Of a stretch of 64,000 bases of DNA, positions 56,336 to 64,000 are shown in pieces (positions within the stretch are counted from its first letter, which is position 1; every line of letters begins with the position of its first letter). The notes beneath the pieces are model-generated. The model was not told the origin of the DNA. It did not search any database and was given only the letters and a program-made list of their open reading frames with translations. Both the position numbers and the translations under genes were made by a program. The DNA lies in the NCBI RefSeq assembly GCF_009914755.1, contig NC_060944.1. One strand, given 5' to 3'. Source of the stretch: the human T2T-CHM13v2.0 reference genome, Homo sapiens.

Positions 56336-59300
56336 AAAAACTCCTAAGTCTTTGCACTTTGCAGGGCCTCCAGCTGCCTTTTTAACCACATGGTCCATTG
56401 TCACTGCTGCAGGCACGTCTGCCCTGTGTGCTTTCACTCTAAGCACAATAAAAGACTTACCACCCGATAAGTCTGTTTTTTGAATTGAGAACAAGAGAAA
56501 GAGATTCCTGAACATTCTAATTAACCAAGTACCGCTCCTGTGCCACAGAGATGCCTAGCAGTGAGAGCCGTAAAAGGAAAGTGCTTGGCAGTGAAGCAAG
56601 ACAAGAAACCTGGTCCTTTGTGCTCTGCCCCATTGCAAGCTTTCTCCTAGCAAACCTGACCAGTGACAACAGTGTCCAAAGTCTTTTCTAGAAAGGTCTC
56701 CATATTGGTACCTTTTTCCTGAAGTAAGGGCTTATAACAAGGGCATTAAAATATGCTAATTTCTAATGCTTTCTATTAGGCGTATCCACATATCAAAGCT
56801 TTTACTGGAACACCTTTGTCAAAAAAAAATATAGGTCATGCACATGGCCATGAAATTCCATTCTTTATATTTTAAGCAGCATCAAGATTGTTCTTTTCCT
56901 TCGCTGTTTGGCAGATTAGAATTCCTCTTTAAAGTGGGAGAAGTTAGTTACTTATCAAACCATTTGATTAATTAGCTAGACCTGTCAGGCCAAACAGGAC
57001 TAGCCAAGTCTTTTAAATCTCTTAATATGAGCCAATTTTCACAATAACTTGTTTTATTCATGGCCTTCACATTTTAAATTCTTGCTCATTAGTGACCTGG
57101 TATTTGGGCTTGTCTGAAAGGAGAGCATCCGTTGTGTTAAACAGGGCTCATTATGGATTATAGGTTTTCGAATGGGGATGCCTATGCACAAAAGATCGCC
57201 CTCCCATTTTCCTCTGAATAGTTAATTGGACCTTCACCTTGTTTTTACAAGCAAAGGCTAAGCTTCAATAAGGAGATAGGCTTTTATAATGCCACAGTTT
57301 GGGTTGTACTGAAGAGCTGGTGACCTATCATTATCAATACAGATGTGGAACTAAAGTACAGCATGTGTTTGGTTTTGCTAGAGACAATAAAAGTAATGGC
57401 TGTTTTTAAAACCAGTAAAACACTGAACTTGATAGAAGGAGAAATTCATTGAATATATCACTCTGCAATAGTTCAATTCCTTGAGTAATAAAATACAACC
57501 ACCAAACACTCAGAAATAAACACTAGTTAAAAAAAAAAAATGAAACACAAGCCTGAACCCACAATACCCATGCATTGACTCCCAAGAAAACAGATTTTTA
57601 CATTCCCTAATAAATACATGTATTACTATATCCCCAAGGTTTTAGCATCCTCATTGTATATCAGGCTAATGTCTCTAATACAAATTCTTTTTGAATTTTT
57701 CTTAGTTAAAATAATCTTCTGTTTTGGTGTGTATTTTCAATTTGTTTTAAGATTCTGTTTCTGTTGCTTGCAGTAATTCTTTTTATTTTCTTTTCCTACA
57801 GAATTTACTGTTTATTTCCAAATTACTCCAGACCCTAATAGTCTATTTTGCTTTTGGCAGAATTCGTGTATCTATTGAGTTGCATTCTGTTTTGTTGAAT
57901 TTCACTCAATGCGTGTCTCTCCAAAGGCTTCGTTCAGGGACAAAACATTCAACTGCTTCTTTAGGGCCTTTGGGTTGTGTTTGTAACATGTATCCACAAT
58001 CAGCTGTCATAATAAGCCGAGCATCCTGATTAATTCACTGTACCCTCCAGTCGAAGTATTCACGGATGTAACTAGTTGAAATGCGGATACACAAGTTCCT
58101 ACTGGTCTTAAAAGAAATGATTTTTCTGGTAGTTTTATAATTTTAGCAATTCAGATTTCGTACATTTGAGGTTAGAAAATTCAGCAGACAGCCTAAATGC
58201 GGCATCATGCTAATGGAGTCCTGGAAGCTGCTGGTGTTAAAATGAGTAAATTAAGGAGTCAACACTGCTTATTTAGGCACATTAGGATAAAATAGTATGA
58301 GAGCTCGGACTTAACAAAAATCAATTCAGCACGCAGAGTGCACATCCATCAGGGCTTTGTTATGATGTCAGGGCGAGCAGCAACCCTGTTTTATTTTATG
58401 AAGAATGCTACATTAGCATCATCGCGTCCTTGGATGGCTGTGACATTTGCTGTTATGGAACTACTTTGCGGCAGCCACAGGGCCCCCAGGGACTACTCCA
58501 ACTACATTAAAAAATTAGGTTGGCATCAAATGACTTATTGAACTCTGTATTGATATCCTTGGGATTTGGTTGTCAATCTACACAGTAGTTAGTCTCCTTT
58601 CACAGCGACCGCATTAAGTAGGAAGTTGTAACAGTTATTGACGATTTGAGCAAATTATTTTCCTCTATCCAGCCCCTACATACAACAACAATAGTAATAA
58701 ACACAGCTTGAGTGAAAAGTATATTCCACATATGGCATGGATGCTTTGTTTACATGGTACGTGGTTTTATTTCACAATAACTCCTAGGTAGATATTATGT
58801 CCTTTCTGAGATTTAAGCATTACTTTAGTCACTTAATCAAAAATCATAAACTGAAGCTCATGCCATTGACCCCAGTTATATAAAAGAAGTTTGAAATTTT
58901 CTTTTGATCTAGGTTTTGCACCCTGATAGACTTCACAGATAATGTAACTAATTAGTAACTGTGTTTTATTTTTGTGTACCCATATTCTCCTTGCCAGAAA
59001 AAAAAAAAAAGTTGTTGGAACATACTCTTTGCTGTGTTTCCTCTTGGAAACTATTAGCCTTCATTATTCAGAGTATTGGAGGTTAGATATTTAATTTTAC
59101 AAGCCTAATTATTGACTAACATTTTAATAAACATTTGACATTTATTAATAAGAATTCAAAATATATAACCATTTAATTTTTTACATACTATCTAATATCT
59201 AATAGTCTCATATGAAGTAGAAAAAATTACATTCATGAAACACTACACTCTATTCATATTATGATCACACCATCTTTTGTTTTCCTTCTTTTAAAATTTT

Positions 59301-59761
59301 TATTTTTTGATTATGAAATTAATGTGCATTCATTGGTAAAGTTCGGGAAGGCATAATAAAGAAAATAAAGATGATATATACCAATTAAAGGTAAGCCCTG
59401 CTAATAGTTGATATTCTTTCAGAATTTTTTATATTCATTTTCTTCTGTATATGTATACAATTTTCCTATGTTTGCTTTATATATATTGTTTTGCAACTAG
59501 TTCATGCATTCTAAGTATATAGCAGAATTTGTTTCATTAATTACTTGCTATTGGAAGTTGGTTCTGAGCTATTTTGAGGATGAAAAACGTTTCTTTGACC
59601 ATTCCTGTATATACAACTTCTATGAAAGAGGCAAAAGGTTATGCATGCTAAATATTCAGATGTGTTACCAAAATACCATCCAGAATAACACCTATGTAAG
59701 AAGTTCCCTGATTCTCACTTCACTTTTAGGGTTAACTGGGACAGTATGGACATTCTTTTCT

Positions 59762-60035
59762 TAATTCAGTCATTCAAAGCCATTTGAGTGCTTACTATGC
59801 ATTAGGCACTCTGCAAGACCCAAGAGACAGCAGTGGTAGGAGACAGATAATCCTGCTGCTTACCTGGAATGTACCATGCAATGGGTGGAGACTAATCTGA
59901 AATAAATAATTGTACAAATGCCTTTCTAATGGAACTTGTGCTGTGAAGGAATGTTACGTCATTGAACCTGATCTAGGATGGAGAGTCAGGAAAAGCTTCC
60001 CTGAAGAGGTGACATTTGACACTTGAAAGGGGCAG
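59762..60035 (-). mobile_element. L2 3' end
   Basis: tcattcaaagccatttgagtgcttactatgcattaggcactctg...gtcaggaaaagcttccctgaagaggtgacatttga. Confidence 0.75.
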
Positions 60036-60256
60036 GTGTAATGAGTTTAATATATACTGTGTTACATCATGCTAATAACTATTAACCATTGCATTTTTAC
60101 TGAGGAATGCTATGTATGTTTTGGCACATCTTAAGTCAGATAATTTTATTCTGTTTTATTGTTGGACCAAAAAAATGGACAAGTTCTCTTTTCCACTTCT
60201 CTTCCCCTTTTTGCCCACAACTACAATTAACATGTGATGGTCCAGAACTATTTTTT

Positions 60257-60706
<450 letters not shown>

Positions 60707-62802
60707 AGAACTATTTTTTAAAGGAAAATATGGTCTCCAATTCAGAAGAGTTGCACATCTCCAGGATAGGGTTTCATCTTCCAGGCAGTGTATTCAGGCA
60801 GCTCAACACTACTCATTTTTTCACCTGAGCCAGCTGAAGTTCTAGCGGCAGTTGTCTAATGATGATTTTTAAGAGTCATAAGCAAAAATGAGGGGACATT
60901 GGAGCAGTACCATATTTAGAATGCGAATATTAGTGCCTCCATAGTCTGACCTTTTCTCTCTGGACATATTTTATCCATCACTGTGTCCACACATGCCAAA
61001 ATGACTAGTAAGGAAATGAAAATATGTGGCCTTTGAATGCAATTTGTGACCAACATTATTTTTTGATTAACAGAATATATTTTTGTTTCATTGAATCAAT
61101 TATTTTATTTAGTATCAGCATTAATTGTCTACAGACAAAATATCTTTGGTTCTTTGTTAAACATTTCAAAATGTGCTTTTTATTGTATAAAACTCTACAA
61201 CTATTATTTCCCTAGAAGTTCAATGCATACATTGATAATTTATTATGATAAATTGATGCAGAATATTGCATGATGTAATATGAGTTTCATGTTGAATTAA
61301 GCCATCACCCCTAAATATGAATCTCAAAGAGCTGTGGCTATTTGGTTTCTTTATCCAAAGAAAAAATGATTCATAACCATTGTTGATGCAAATATTACTA
61401 CTTAAGATGCAATGGGTTTCTAGTTTCCTCTTTGCTGTGTAAAATGTATGCTTGGTTGACCAGAATTCAGTGAAACCTCTCATTAGGGCACTACGGTTCA
61501 TTAAGGTTTAAAGAGGCATCACTGAAATTTGAATTGGCCATGCTGTGATTGCCAAGTCTCTCTGAGTGGTAATTGGGCTGTGTTATGTTGTGTGCTTTAC
61601 TGCTGCAATGGTTTTTAGAGTTGTTAAAAAATAATAATAATAGTGATTAAGCTCTGTGCTATGTAAAACTGGCAAGTTTCTTAGTGATGGCATCTTTTTG
61701 TTTATAAATTGAGATTTAAAAAATCATATTCTTACAAAAAACATTCAAACACCAAATTTGAATATCATACTGAGTTTGTTTTTTACTTATTGGAAAGAGT
61801 ATGTTAACATAATTTTGTTTCTATTTCATTTTCTCAAACTGGAAGAAATATCTGGATGTGCACATAGCACTAGAAAAATCAATAAGTAATCTAGATATTG
61901 ATTTACTGAATACCCAACATGCAGATTGAGAGAAACCATATTCAAAATGTGACAATTCAGTTAAAAGTGAACTGAAACAAGGGTGCGGTTACTAATAGGC
62001 AGGGAATTACTAGGCAGATGCATATCAGAGCCAGATCCCCAAGGGAAGGGCTTATTTCACCTACGTGATAGCACAGTTTGTACTCAGGCACTTGAGAAAC
62101 AATAATTTACCATAATTGAACCAGCCACAAATATTTATTTTGTTAAATCAGACCCACAATACCAGCCTGTCTGTGCTTTGCTGGCTAGAAAATGTCCTCA
62201 TGAGTCTTAAATTTATCCTTAAAATATATTTAAAAAAATAATCTTAACTGGCTTTACCTGTACCTAGTTCAAATCGTTTTCTCTTTATGCACGGTGAAAT
62301 CTCAATGTTGGTTACTGTTTCTGCACATTTCCCTCGGGATGGTGGTTTGTGAGCATACCTACCTGTGCTGCTGTGTTGCGAGCCTCACTTTGCTCACCTG
62401 GGTTTCCCCAAGTGTTGTGTTTCACCACTGGGAGGAACTGGCCACTGCTGTCACCTCACCACCTACCATAAGGCCTAATATATGACATATGTCTAATATA
62501 TATTTGTTGAATAAGTTAATTACTCTGGATTCCTACCTGTGGCGCAGTGGCTGACACACATATATCTGCACTGCCTTTTGTGAGTGACTGAATGAACGTA
62601 TGCATTTGCCATTTGGGAATATTTTCAGTTTTATCGACGTGACTGTTTAGAGGCATAATCACAGACTTATAGGAAAAAAACGTTTAGGAAATAATTCTTT
62701 GCAGATATCCTTTTGGAATATCCATGTAAGATTTGCCTTTTGACAGTTACTCCCCAATCCTCCTGCCTACCTTATCCCTCCCATTAAAAAAAGAGCAACA
62801 AC

Positions 62803-63169
<367 letters not shown>

Positions 63170-63218
63170 TCATCGTTTTCGTTTGTTGTTGCTGTTGTGT
63201 AAGCTTCACGTTTGGTGA

Positions 63219-63645
<427 letters not shown>

Positions 63646-64000
63646 TGAAAATATTGTGTTTTGCAAGTAAGGGGGGTTGAAGAATGAGAGGGATGGGAAG
63701 GAGGGAGGTACAGAGGAGGGGAGAAGAGCAGGTGCGCTAAGGTATGGAATGGCAGTTTGAGGAAGGCTGGGTCCACATCTTCTGTTCTGATGCAACCCCC
63801 TCACTGCTGCTTCCTAGAGGGACCTTCAGAAAGAGCCACATTTGTTTTCAAGGCTTTCTGGAGTTAGACTTCTACCTCTTTGGGGTGCCCCACTGGTCTC
63901 AAGGGAATCCAACACAGTCAGGATGCATCCCCAAGAGATTGTAAATACATACAATTTAATTGTTATAATTATCTTTTTCCTGTTTGCATCTCAGTTAAAC

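Noticed and set aside
57770-57870. Strong-looking acceptors (ttttcctacag, cttttggcag)
   Set aside because: No donor or credible coding frame follows; common in T-rich DNA

Overview
AT-rich primate (probably human or ape) genomic DNA, mostly intron-like and dense in repeats. It holds about 12 Alu copies or fragments, a full-length but disrupted L1PA7-like LINE (37462-43887), short L1 3' fragments, MaLR/ERVL LTRs (THE1, MSTB, MLT1, MLT2, LTR16, LTR33, LTR41, MER21), L2, MIR, hAT fossils and microsatellites. Almost all ORFs in the supplied track are repeat-derived or spurious. By reading splice signals I found two candidate + strand exons that the track misses: 27587-27688 (102 nt) and 53747-53840 (followed by AATAAA at 54046). 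They join in frame across a 26-kb intron to give ...LFRCRAFAENDDQELFKCNQAGKASSNHRRTDKSYSFRQAIWCACNAIMSYGLALQGLESESVF*, probably the C-terminus of a host gene that I could not name. The most distinctive structures are an L1 3' transduction nested in a MER21 LTR, one target site hit twice (L1 then Alu) giving a triplicated TSD, two template-switch-like inverted repeats, close inverted Alu pairs, and several repeat-free blocks that retain CpGs and look like enhancers. I see no CRISPR array, rRNA, tRNA or clearly novel multi-gene system. Repeat subfamily names come from remembered consensus sequences, and boundaries of old repeats are approximate.
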